Below the pieces are notes generated by a model, which saw only the letters and a list, made by a program, of their open reading frames with translations, ran no database searches and was not told where the DNA came from. From a virus, in the IMG/VR virus record IMGVR_UViG_3300022928_001147, positions 17,495 through 81,494 of that record: 64,000 nucleotides of DNA; one strand, written 5' to 3'. This document shows, in pieces, positions 9,206 through 18,384 of the stretch. Position 1 is the first letter of the stretch; every line of letters starts with the position of its first letter. Position numbers and translations under genes: made by a program.

Positions 9206-9828
9206 TGTTTCTCCAATATAAAAAACAAATTTTCAGGATATTCAGTAAGTTTGAAATTATAATTTTTAGCAAATTCTTTCACAGCAATTTCAAGTTCGGG
9301 CCAATCCTTGTTTTTATAGTCGTCGCCACATATAACTTTCGTATCTTTAAAATATTCTAAAACTTTTTTTGTGTGTTCGTAGGTGTGTTCCGAATCGAGA
9401 TATATAGCATCATATGTCGAACAATACTTTTTATAAATGTACTGGTGTGTAGACATCGACGTAACATTAGATAACAATTTATATTTAGGATGATGCTCCA
9501 TTACAAAATTCCAGACTTCTTTATGAGACATATTTTTTAACATATTAACTATGTTCGACCAGATATCCAAATTTTTGCCAAATTTGGGCATTCTATCAGA
9601 ACGAACAAAATCAGGAATTTCTGATGCATCAACATTAAAGGAATCTAACACGTCGTATGTGGTATCGTCAGGCAAAACGTCTAACCACGCCCAAGTACTC
9701 CTTCCAAAAAGCACACCAATTTCTAAAAACTTTGCATTTTTAGGTAGTAGTTTTGCAACTTCTGCGTATCGCTGATGCTGATATATACTTGTAAATCCAG
9801 GGACTTGTCTTGCTTGAATTATTTCCAT
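9202..9828 (-). CDS. Class I SAM-dependent methyltransferase (Methyltransf_24-like), copy 2
   Basis: FLEIGVLFGRST, YDAIYLDSEHTY, ICGDDY. Confidence 0.8.
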   Translation of the reverse strand: MEIIQARQVPGFTSIYQHQRYAEVAKLLPKNAKFLEIGVLFGRSTWAWLDVLPDDTTYDVLDSFNVDASEIPDFVRSDRMPKFGKNLDIWSNIVNMLKNMSHKEVWNFVMEHHPKYKLLSNVTSMSTHQYIYKKYCSTYDAIYLDSEHTYEHTKKVLEYFKDTKVICGDDYKNKDWPELEIAVKEFAKNYNFKLTEYPENLFFILEKQ

Positions 9829-9944
9829 TTAGTAGTCCTCACGTCACTATCAGCTCCGCCGCTTAAACGAATTCCTATTCCTTTATGCTGTGCAGCATCT
9901 AAAGGAATATTAATAGTAGAATTATTATAACGATACACAGTCAT
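9819..9944 (-). pseudogene. 41-aa chimeric mini-ORF: QueC-like N-terminus fused to a class B rSAM C-terminus
   Basis: Hand translation MTVYRYNNSTINIPLDAAQHKGIGIRLSGGADSDVRTTKWK*; RLSGGADS resembles RLSGGFDS (13791 gene) and DVRTTKWK* resembles DVRATKWR* (10564 gene). Confidence 0.75.
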
Positions 9945-10573
9945 TGATTTTCCAATATAAAAAATAAATTTTTACGATGTTCAGTAAGTTTAAAATTATA
10001 TTTTTTAGCAAATTCTTTTACAGCTTTTTCTACGCCTGGCCAATCTGGATTACCATAATCGTCCCCACATATAACTTTAGTATTTTTAAAGTGCTCTAGA
10101 GTTTGCATTACACCGTCATAAGATTGATTAGCATCTATAAATATAGCATCGTAATTAACTCCGTATTCGTCTTGAATATACTGCTGAAGACGCATTGTCA
10201 ATACAAATTTAACTATATGAAACTTAGGATGATGTTGTAATACAAAATTCCAAACTTCTCTATGAGACATCGTTTTTAATAAATTAGCTATACCTTCCCA
10301 GCAATCTAAATGATTTCCAGGAGTTGACGGTTTTCTACCAGCATTTTTATTAAATTCTGGTATATCTTCTGGTCCAATATCAAATTTGTCCAATGCATCA
10401 TAGTGTGCATCTCCAGGCAATGCATCTAACCACGCCCAAGAGCTCCTACCAAGGGAAACTCCTATTTCTAAAAATCTAGGTTTCTCAGGTAATAAGTCAA
10501 CTACATCTTTATATAATTTGTGTTGATACATGCTAGTAAACCCAGGCACATATCGTGCTAAAGTTATCTCCAT
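9941..10573 (-). CDS. Class I SAM-dependent methyltransferase (Methyltransf_24-like), copy 1
   Basis: FLEIGVSLGRSS, YDAIFIDA, ICGDDY; co-linear paralog of 9202..9828. Confidence 0.8.
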   Translation of the reverse strand: MEITLARYVPGFTSMYQHKLYKDVVDLLPEKPRFLEIGVSLGRSSWAWLDALPGDAHYDALDKFDIGPEDIPEFNKNAGRKPSTPGNHLDCWEGIANLLKTMSHREVWNFVLQHHPKFHIVKFVLTMRLQQYIQDEYGVNYDAIFIDANQSYDGVMQTLEHFKNTKVICGDDYGNPDWPGVEKAVKEFAKKYNFKLTEHRKNLFFILENQ

Positions 10574-11610
10574 TTTGTTGCCCTTACATCATGGCTACAG
10601 AAACAATGCTTGACTTTGCACACTGTGGGTTCTACAGTCCAATCAAAAGTTGTACAATTATCAGTTAAATAATTGCCAAACACTTTTCCCTGTCTACAAC
10701 TAGCATCGGCACTAACCATTCCATTAGAACCTATATAGAGAACATCTATACCTACATTACACTTCCAGCCAGTCCAAGAATTTTCACCCGATGCGGCCAT
10801 TGCTTCAGGTATAGATTTAATATAATCTGTTTCATTATATCGAAATGTAATACCACTGCCCATACTTGTAGACTGTTTGCGTATAATAGTGTTGTCTTGG
10901 CGCAACCATTCTAACTGTTCTTGAGTATAAGTCACCATCCTTAAATGACTTCCTATATCGTCACTTTTATAATTTTCTCTAATTGGTTTTTTAGCAAGTA
11001 CAGCAAACGTACCTTTTTCTTTTAGCAATTCGTATGTTTCAACAACATACTCCCATTTACTAGCAAGTGCAAGAACAAGAGCTCCTGTTTTAACACCTTT
11101 CGAATCTAATAGATTACACACTTCTAAACAATGATCTTTGTCTGCAAATTCAGGATGAAAGCTATATACGATATCAGAAAACATTCCGCCATACTGGTCC
11201 CACCAACGCACTGACCTTGCTCCGTTGGTAACTAGTCTTACATAATTGTTATCGTACTTTTTAAGTTCTGTAACAAATTTCTCAATGTCTTTCCATACTG
11301 TAACTTCACCGCCTATAAGTTCCCATACTATAGAAGTCTTGTGTTCTTTGTATACTCGATTAATTTCAGCAACAATTTCTAGTGCCTTTTCTACAGGGGG
11401 CCAAGGATTAGTAGCACCGTAGTGCTCAGGTGTACAATAGCTACATTTATAAGTGCAAGTATTTCCTAGCGCCCAATTAATACTAAGTGTATTTGACTTT
11501 CTGTTATAACTTTTAATTACATCAACAGGAAGCTCGCCAGCAGCAACTCTTGTTCTAAAATCGTCACGCTGATCTCCCCACAATGTTATTAAGTTGTTAT
11601 ATTCCATCAA
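10564..11610 (-). CDS. Radical SAM protein, class B
   Basis: CTYKCSYC, IGGEVT, TNG; C-terminal WKCNVG...SC...CKVKHCFC. Confidence 0.9.
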   Translation of the reverse strand: MMEYNNLITLWGDQRDDFRTRVAAGELPVDVIKSYNRKSNTLSINWALGNTCTYKCSYCTPEHYGATNPWPPVEKALEIVAEINRVYKEHKTSIVWELIGGEVTVWKDIEKFVTELKKYDNNYVRLVTNGARSVRWWDQYGGMFSDIVYSFHPEFADKDHCLEVCNLLDSKGVKTGALVLALASKWEYVVETYELLKEKGTFAVLAKKPIRENYKSDDIGSHLRMVTYTQEQLEWLRQDNTIIRKQSTSMGSGITFRYNETDYIKSIPEAMAASGENSWTGWKCNVGIDVLYIGSNGMVSADASCRQGKVFGNYLTDNCTTFDWTVEPTVCKVKHCFCSHDVRATKWR

Positions 11611-13006
11611 AAATACCCTTCATTTCTGGAAAAGTTTCATAAAAACTATTTCCTCTATGTGCATCGTTGAGTTCTAAGAATTCTTTCATTTCAGGTAGTC
11701 GAACACTCCAGTCCTCGCTTTCCATAAATTTTAACATGCCTTCTAAACGACTGATGCCATAACTTGCTGCGAGCCAATCGTCTTTAGTAACTTTGCCTTT
11801 ATGCCATTCAGGAATACCTTTTTCCCAGTTAGCTTCCCACCATGGATAAAATTCTTCATACTTTTTGCGACATGCTGCTTTAAATTCTTTAGGCAAGACT
11901 TTAACATTAAGATGAGGTGGATGATAAACAAAGTGATAATTTACCGCACCTGCACCAAACGGCCACATGTTGATTTTCTTGAATCCTTCTTCTAACTTCC
12001 AACGAATAAAATCAGGAATGTAATAGATGTTTAATGCTTGTACTGCACATGCAATTGTAATTTCAGTGTTTGACGGCGTTTGTGTGTCTAAAATGTGAAA
12101 CACTTCTTTAGTTCGTTCCCATTTACTAGGATAGCGTATATAGTCATTCATTTCGTGTATACTGTCTACACTATAATGGAACCGCACAAGTTTAAACTCT
12201 TTCCAGAGATCAAACAAATCTTCACGCCATTCTACACCATTTGAGTTGTAGCGTAATTCAAGGTTTTTAGCATAGCCCATTTTAATAGCATGTTCAAGAA
12301 TCTCATAGTGTTCTTCAATAATAAGACTTTCGCCGCCAGCAAAATAAATTTGTTGCATGCTTGGCATCTGTTCATAGAACTGTTTCCAAAATGTAGGATT
12401 TTGTTTATGCCAATTGTAACTACTACCATTGTAGCTGCCTTTGTCCTGCCATTGCATTGTTTCTTTTAGACTTGCATTTTCTACAGCAGGAAAGATTGCT
12501 TTATAATCTTTGATCCATCCCGAGCTGTCGTGCGGGCTACACATAATACATGCTAATTGGCACTTAGTTCCGAATCGCAAATCAATATATGCAAGCTGGG
12601 GAGGAACACTTCCGTCTTCTTTAGTATCAGCAATTAATTTATCAACATCAACACGCTGACTCCAATACTTAGTTTCCCACATACGCTTTGAATTATGTCC
12701 AGCAGCTTCTTCTTTGTAGCATTTTAAACAACTAGGCGGTTTTTCTCCTGCAAGCATTTGCTTACGCACGTTTTTCATATATGTGCTGTTCCAAGCAGTT
12801 TCAAAATCGCTTACGTTTAAGTTGTTAGGTTTGCCGTCTTCTGTTTTAAGAATACCAACTTGGCCGCCGTGTTCTTTGTCATTAGTTGCACCTACACTGC
12901 TTGCATTTGCAGTACAGCATACTCGCATACTACCATCTGGTCGAGTACTAAGATGCACCCACGGCAATAAACAAAATGTGTTAGAGGGTAATTTGTGATC
13001 AGACAT
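11597..13006 (-). CDS. Radical SAM protein, class A
   Basis: CLLPW...RVCC...CLKC; core CQLACIMC, AGGES, NSNG. Confidence 0.9.
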   Translation of the reverse strand: MSDHKLPSNTFCLLPWVHLSTRPDGSMRVCCTANASSVGATNDKEHGGQVGILKTEDGKPNNLNVSDFETAWNSTYMKNVRKQMLAGEKPPSCLKCYKEEAAGHNSKRMWETKYWSQRVDVDKLIADTKEDGSVPPQLAYIDLRFGTKCQLACIMCSPHDSSGWIKDYKAIFPAVENASLKETMQWQDKGSYNGSSYNWHKQNPTFWKQFYEQMPSMQQIYFAGGESLIIEEHYEILEHAIKMGYAKNLELRYNSNGVEWREDLFDLWKEFKLVRFHYSVDSIHEMNDYIRYPSKWERTKEVFHILDTQTPSNTEITIACAVQALNIYYIPDFIRWKLEEGFKKINMWPFGAGAVNYHFVYHPPHLNVKVLPKEFKAACRKKYEEFYPWWEANWEKGIPEWHKGKVTKDDWLAASYGISRLEGMLKFMESEDWSVRLPEMKEFLELNDAHRGNSFYETFPEMKGIFDGI

Positions 13007-13091
13007 ATTTTTTAAACCTTTTATTTAAATTTAGTAAGTTGGTTTTTCTAATGTTATCTACTGTATTGTAACATAATGGCGGTTTATTCAT
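12999..13091 (-). pseudogene. 30-aa mini-ORF: internally deleted class A radical SAM gene
   Basis: MNKPPLCY+NTVDNIRKTNLLNLNKRFKKYV* resembles the start (DKPLCY) and end (SLDAVRQTNLVDIDERFKDYV*) of 18377..19519; overlaps both neighbours. Confidence 0.75.
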
Positions 13092-13692
13092 TAATTCTCT
13101 CTTTGATTTCTTGATAAAGGAGTCGCCCAAACTCTTTATGACCAGCTGGTCCTGGGTGGCTATTATCCAATGCTTTCGGATGCTCTCGACGTATTTTATT
13201 AATACTTGTTCTACACAATTGAACATCATTCCAATTAAAATCGTGTTTATACATCCCAGATCCAAAAGCATGAAAATTTAATATGTTTCGTTTAGTTAAA
13301 AAATAATGAGCATAATTAAGTCTAGTGTACATGTCTACCTTCATATCATAAAAATCATGGACATTGCGGTAAAAAAATCTAGATGTTTTGTCGGTTTGCC
13401 AAGCATTAATATGTTTTATACCATCTTCAGTTATAATACAATACCTGTCAAAATGAGACCATAATACAACTACCATGTCTTCATCTTGATAATTAAAATT
13501 TTGTAGGTTGTATAAAATTTCTTTATTACTTGATCCAGATACTGCACAATTAACAAGTTCTCTGTTAAGACGATTTGCAACTTCATTCGGCCATGCAAAC
13601 TTGCTTGGCAGACTTCCATTATGGCCATTTTCCCAACAATCTTCTAAACCAGTGCCGTATGTTAAACTGCATCCAAATGTAATTAACCTCAT
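13084..13692 (-). CDS. SGNH/GDSL-like hydrolase or acyltransferase
   Basis: FGCSLTYG, NCAVSGSSN, DNSHPG; ATG 13692 preferred over TTG 13707. Confidence 0.7.
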   Translation of the reverse strand: MRLITFGCSLTYGTGLEDCWENGHNGSLPSKFAWPNEVANRLNRELVNCAVSGSSNKEILYNLQNFNYQDEDMVVVLWSHFDRYCIITEDGIKHINAWQTDKTSRFFYRNVHDFYDMKVDMYTRLNYAHYFLTKRNILNFHAFGSGMYKHDFNWNDVQLCRTSINKIRREHPKALDNSHPGPAGHKEFGRLLYQEIKERINE

Positions 13693-13696
13693 AAAT

Positions 13697-13801
13697 TTAC
13701 TCTTCAAATAATTCTTTATATTCGGACACTATGTCAAGTATAGTTTGATTTCTATTTTTGTCTTTCGATGGTAATTTTCTATCAGCTATATTATTTTTCA
13801 T
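13697..13801 (-). pseudogene. 34-aa mini-ORF: internally deleted class A radical SAM gene
   Basis: MKNNIADRKLPSK+DKNRNQTILDIVSEYKELFEE*; DRKLPS resembles DHKLPS (start of 11597 gene) and the tail resembles DNLRNQNILDIVPEYKGLF (end of 14533 gene). Confidence 0.75.
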
Positions 13802-14546
13802 AGTTTTTATTTGCCCATTCTCTTTCGTAACACCACCAACATATAGGAGATGTCTTACAAGTTGTTGTAAAATTATCTGTTGCTTCTCTAAGTCCTTCGC
13901 AGCTTCTTGTAATAGATAACATATCTTGCAAAATGCCAAATCGATCTGCTAAGGAAAATACTATTCTTTTATCAAAATTTCTAAAAGGTTCTATTTCATG
14001 ACCAAACTGTTTAGTGTTATGATACACTGACCTTGAATTAGCTATTGCTCCAATTATTAGAGGTACTTGTCTATTTTTTTCAGGATTATGTTTTTCTTCG
14101 CCTATATGTACATCTGGATTTTTTGTTACTCCGTTATACGAAACAACATCAGTGTCTAAATTATAATCTTTAATAATTTTTAATAATAACTCATCCTGTG
14201 CGTTACTATAAATTTTTCCAGTATCGTTATCTAACCACCAATTGTCAACGTCGAGTCGTTGTGTAGGTTTTACATCTAAATTAGGAAATTTGTCTTTGAC
14301 ATAATCTAATATAGTGTCAACTACAGGATACGGATTTGCTTTATCCATAGCTGGATCATTATTAGGATTGTTTATCTTTCTCACAGTTAAAGGATAAATC
14401 GACGGTGATAAGTTATTTTCGTTCAACAGAAATGCAATAGTGTATAACATTACTGCACTATCAAATCCGCCACTTAGCCGTACGATTATATTAGAACAAT
14501 CAAGTTTAAAGGCCACCTTTCCATAAGCAGTTTTATAAAAATTCAT
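13791..14546 (-). CDS. QueC-like PP-loop ATP pyrophosphatase with Cys-rich Zn site
   Basis: RLSGGFDS PP-loop; TRSC...CKTSPICWWCYER; start moved to ATG 14546. Confidence 0.75.
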   Translation of the reverse strand: MNFYKTAYGKVAFKLDCSNIIVRLSGGFDSAVMLYTIAFLLNENNLSPSIYPLTVRKINNPNNDPAMDKANPYPVVDTILDYVKDKFPNLDVKPTQRLDVDNWWLDNDTGKIYSNAQDELLLKIIKDYNLDTDVVSYNGVTKNPDVHIGEEKHNPEKNRQVPLIIGAIANSRSVYHNTKQFGHEIEPFRNFDKRIVFSLADRFGILQDMLSITRSCEGLREATDNFTTTCKTSPICWWCYEREWANKNYEK

Positions 14547-15840
14547 TAAATAATCCTTTATATTCTGGAACAATATCCAAAATATTTTGGTTTCTTAAAT
14601 TGTCTAATTTAACTGTGTAATCAATAAAGTTTGACAATTTGTCGCTTTCGTCTTTCCCTTGCATGTAGTTACTTATACTATCAAGTATCTTGCAAGCACG
14701 TTTATTGGTAGCATCGTCAAAATTATCAAATGTTGTCTTACATTTTTCATAATGTGCAACTATGTCATCTTTAATATCCTGAGGCAATACTCTTACACTG
14801 CTGTACCAAGGCTTGTGACACATATGATGTGACATAATTTTAATATTCTTTCCTGCTCCTATGCGTTTGAATTCTTGTTTGACTATCCAGTTAATAAATT
14901 CTGGAATGTGATATACGTTTAAGTTTGTAACAGTACACGCTATCCAAGCATCTACATTAGGAAGAGTATCAACTATTTTTAAATTCTTTTCTATTGCACT
15001 CCATTTAGCAGGGTAACGTTGGTATTCTAATACTTTCCCCATACCGTCGATGCTTGCACCAATTTTTATTCTTTTAAACTTTTCCCATAACACTAATACC
15101 TTAGTAGGAATGTTAGTTAAATTAGTATTGTATTCTATAGTTATGCGATGAGCATTATTACTATCAATACACTTTTGTAAAAACTCATAATGGCGTTCTA
15201 TCATTAGAGGTTCGCCACCTGCCATGTAAACATGTTCAATGTTTTTTATGTTCGATTCAATATGTTCCCAGAAAGTTGTACTATAGTGCCAATCATACGC
15301 ATCTGTAACCCATCTGCCATTCTCATTTTTCTCAAGTGTAACCTTGCCATGTGTGTCATCCCATTTATTACCGTACATGTTAACCCAGTCTTTATACCAA
15401 GTATGGCTATCTTCAGGGCCGCACATTCGACAAGCTAAATTACATAAATTTCCAAAGCGTAAATCGTAATACACTAACGGATTTTTATCAATATTAATTT
15501 CTCCGTCTACTGTTGTCGAATCAATAATTGAATCAATTGATGTATTCCATATATCATTTTCGTACATCCGTCTACTTCTTAGTCCGCTCTCTTCTTCTTG
15601 TTGACAGCGTGTACAATCGGGGTGCCATTTGCCTTCAAGCATTGTCTTGCGAACGTCTTTAATCAATGCTGCATTGCGGGCTTCGTCTAAAGAATCTGAA
15701 CCTGCGTTATAAGGAACGCCATTGTCTTTCTTTAATGTACCACGGCCGGGTGTAGAGTTCATTTGACAGCAGACTCTTACTGTTCCGTTATTTTGTACTG
15801 CTTGAAAGTTCCAAGGAATAGGACAAAATGTTTTAGGCAT
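14533..15840 (-). CDS. Radical SAM protein, class A
   Basis: CPIPW...RVCC...CTRC; core CNLACRMC, AGGEPL, NTN. Confidence 0.9.
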   Translation of the reverse strand: MPKTFCPIPWNFQAVQNNGTVRVCCQMNSTPGRGTLKKDNGVPYNAGSDSLDEARNAALIKDVRKTMLEGKWHPDCTRCQQEEESGLRSRRMYENDIWNTSIDSIIDSTTVDGEINIDKNPLVYYDLRFGNLCNLACRMCGPEDSHTWYKDWVNMYGNKWDDTHGKVTLEKNENGRWVTDAYDWHYSTTFWEHIESNIKNIEHVYMAGGEPLMIERHYEFLQKCIDSNNAHRITIEYNTNLTNIPTKVLVLWEKFKRIKIGASIDGMGKVLEYQRYPAKWSAIEKNLKIVDTLPNVDAWIACTVTNLNVYHIPEFINWIVKQEFKRIGAGKNIKIMSHHMCHKPWYSSVRVLPQDIKDDIVAHYEKCKTTFDNFDDATNKRACKILDSISNYMQGKDESDKLSNFIDYTVKLDNLRNQNILDIVPEYKGLFNEFL

Positions 15841-17113
15841 TCCAATATTCCTTAAATTCAGGATAGTAATCTAATACATTTGTATTGTTATACGCATCTT
15901 GAACTTGCATATTGCGAATAAAAGAGTCCCAATCTTTATCATATAGGTCTTCTGCATTCATATAATTAATTAATTTTTTTCCTATCACAGGAATTCTACG
16001 CTGATAGTAGTCTATTAAAGAATGCTTTTGCGTATATTGCAGTGCAATTGTTTCTAAATTTTCAATAAACTCATTGTACTCTTGAGTAATTTGTTCTTTA
16101 AGTGCTTTAGGCAATATTCTCGGATTTAATGATGACGGATATTGCACTAAACTTGCATGTACTCTAACATTAAGTTGCATAAAGTATTTAAATACGTCAA
16201 CAATTCTCGTCATATTTAATACACTGGTAGTACATGTTGCTTGCAAGAATACATTATCAAGTGTTTTGTTTATTTGTTTAATGTTTTCTTCAACTTTATC
16301 AATGTTTCCGTTAACTCGAATATACGGATATATGTCAGGTGTAGCATCAATACTAACTAACACTCCTACATTTTTAAATTTTTTCCATAACGGCAATACG
16401 TTATTACCTTTATGTTCTAATGTCGATAAGTTGCTGTTGTAGTTTAATACAATATTTTCTGCATAGTCTTCTAAACCTTCTAAAAATTTATAATGTTTTT
16501 CATGATATAAAGGTTCGCCGCCTGTGATTAGAATTTCTTGTAAGTGAGGTGCTAATATTTCTATTTCATCAATAATGTCAGTATTCAATTTTACAGAAGG
16601 TTTATTAGAATCCTTAACTAATTCGGCCATTTCAGGAGACCTTGCTGCTGCTTTACTCCATAATGAACTGTATACTGGGCTGCAATGCCTACACATTAGA
16701 TTGCAAGTATTATCAAACCGTATTTCAACACTTTTTAGTTGTTCAATTGAGTACGAAAAATCATCATTAATAGTACTTCTAACATAAGTTTCTAATTGCT
16801 TAGGCACTACATCATTTTTTGATTCGTTAAATACAATTTGATCATTTTCAATTTTCCAAGATTGTAGGGTTTCCTGTCTTGTACTCATTACTCCGCTCGA
16901 TTCTAAGTCCCAACAGCTTCTGCATCCTTCTGATTTAATACCCGAAAGTAATTCTTGTCTTAACTTTTTTGTTTCATCGTTATTGAAAATTTCAGTTAAT
17001 GAAGATGTTGTGCTGTTTCCAAGTGTAGTCTGGCCGCGCCAACATGCACACACTCTTCCTTCGTGTTTTAAATTTTGATGTACAAACGGCATTATACAAA
17101 ACGTATCACTCAT
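15833..17113 (-). CDS. Radical SAM protein, class A
   Basis: CIMPF...CAC...CRSC; core CNLMCRHC, TGGEPL. Confidence 0.9.
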   Translation of the reverse strand: MSDTFCIMPFVHQNLKHEGRVCACWRGQTTLGNSTTSSLTEIFNNDETKKLRQELLSGIKSEGCRSCWDLESSGVMSTRQETLQSWKIENDQIVFNESKNDVVPKQLETYVRSTINDDFSYSIEQLKSVEIRFDNTCNLMCRHCSPVYSSLWSKAAARSPEMAELVKDSNKPSVKLNTDIIDEIEILAPHLQEILITGGEPLYHEKHYKFLEGLEDYAENIVLNYNSNLSTLEHKGNNVLPLWKKFKNVGVLVSIDATPDIYPYIRVNGNIDKVEENIKQINKTLDNVFLQATCTTSVLNMTRIVDVFKYFMQLNVRVHASLVQYPSSLNPRILPKALKEQITQEYNEFIENLETIALQYTQKHSLIDYYQRRIPVIGKKLINYMNAEDLYDKDWDSFIRNMQVQDAYNNTNVLDYYPEFKEYWNA

Positions 17114-18384
17114 TTAATATTTCCTTTAATTTCATTGTACTTATATCCTAAATTTTTCTCTAAGTATTGATATAACTCAGGAATTTGTTTTTCTAAACTT
17201 TGAGATCTTAATAAATCTACATCTTTGGTATATTTTATAAACACATCTGTTTCTTTATTTGAAGTACTACCATTTAAATATTGTATAATCTTGTTGTGAT
17301 GTCTCCTAATAATCTTTTGTTCGTTGATAGGTCTATTGATACTATCTATATACGATTTAAACTTTTCAACTATTAAATGTTTAGCAGGTAATATATCTAT
17401 CGCAATGTAACTTGGTGAATATACCGTGTTCATAACAACTTTTCCCGGACCATCATTAATTGTAATTAATCCTTTATTTGAACGTTGATCTATCCAATAT
17501 TCTAATAACGTGGACATATTAAAAATATTATATGCGCAAAGTGTAGGTGTTAATATAACTGCAACATTATCATGATTACATTCAAAATCTAACCAACTAT
17601 CAATGCTCGATTGTACATCTAGCCAATTTGAATTTTGTCTTACATAATCATTAACTTCACCAGTGCCGTCGATTGACATCCATATTTCTGCTTTTTTAAA
17701 TTTAGCTAATGTAGACATTAATTTTTCTTTCGGAGACCAACTTGAGTTTGTAAAGATTTCAAGAGTAATTTGTTTATGGTGCCCGCCTTCTATTATAACA
17801 TCTAAGAATTTTACAAAATCAGGGTGTAGCATAGGTTCGCCACCTGTAAATTTTATATGCACTGTGTTTTTAAAATCTTCAGGCTTCCAATTAAATCCTA
17901 TATTAAATCGTTGAGAATACAATTCTCTATCGGGATAGTGTTTTACTAATTCCTTATCATCTTCAAACCAAGATGTTGATAGTTGAGAATTGCAAGTACG
18001 GCATGCTAAATTACAATAATTACCAAATGTAACTTCAAGAAATTTTAATGAAATAGTGTCTTCGTTTACAGTAGAATCAACATTGTAATCATCATTATAT
18101 CCTGTTCGCATACTTTGATTTGTAATTAAATCTTCTTTGTAGCATTTTGCACACCCTGACAATTTTTCTCCATTTAGCATAGCCTGTCGTAATTGTTCGA
18201 ACGGCTGTGATGCTAAAATGTCGTCAACATTTTTAAAATCACTTAATTTTTTATTAGAAAAATCAATAAATTTATCTTCGCCTGTATCATGCATGAGAAA
18301 TCGGCAACACGGTTTAACTAATCCGTTTGGTTTTACTGAAAAATGCATCCACGGAAGTACACACAATGTATCCTTTTTAGACAT
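17110..18384 (-). CDS. Radical SAM protein, class A
   Basis: CVLPW...KPCC...CAKC; core CNLACRTC, TGGEPM. Confidence 0.9.
   Translation of the reverse strand: MSKKDTLCVLPWMHFSVKPNGLVKPCCRFLMHDTGEDKFIDFSNKKLSDFKNVDDILASQPFEQLRQAMLNGEKLSGCAKCYKEDLITNQSMRTGYNDDYNVDSTVNEDTISLKFLEVTFGNYCNLACRTCNSQLSTSWFEDDKELVKHYPDRELYSQRFNIGFNWKPEDFKNTVHIKFTGGEPMLHPDFVKFLDVIIEGGHHKQITLEIFTNSSWSPKEKLMSTLAKFKKAEIWMSIDGTGEVNDYVRQNSNWLDVQSSIDSWLDFECNHDNVAVILTPTLCAYNIFNMSTLLEYWIDQRSNKGLITINDGPGKVVMNTVYSPSYIAIDILPAKHLIVEKFKSYIDSINRPINEQKIIRRHHNKIIQYLNGSTSNKETDVFIKYTKDVDLLRSQSLEKQIPELYQYLEKNLGYKYNEIKGNIK

Noticed and set aside
12999-13271. 90-aa ORF as given in the track (likewise 13697..13939, 80 aa)
   Set aside because: The 5' parts overlap real genes out of frame; only the 3' portions from ATG 13091 and ATG 13801 are credible
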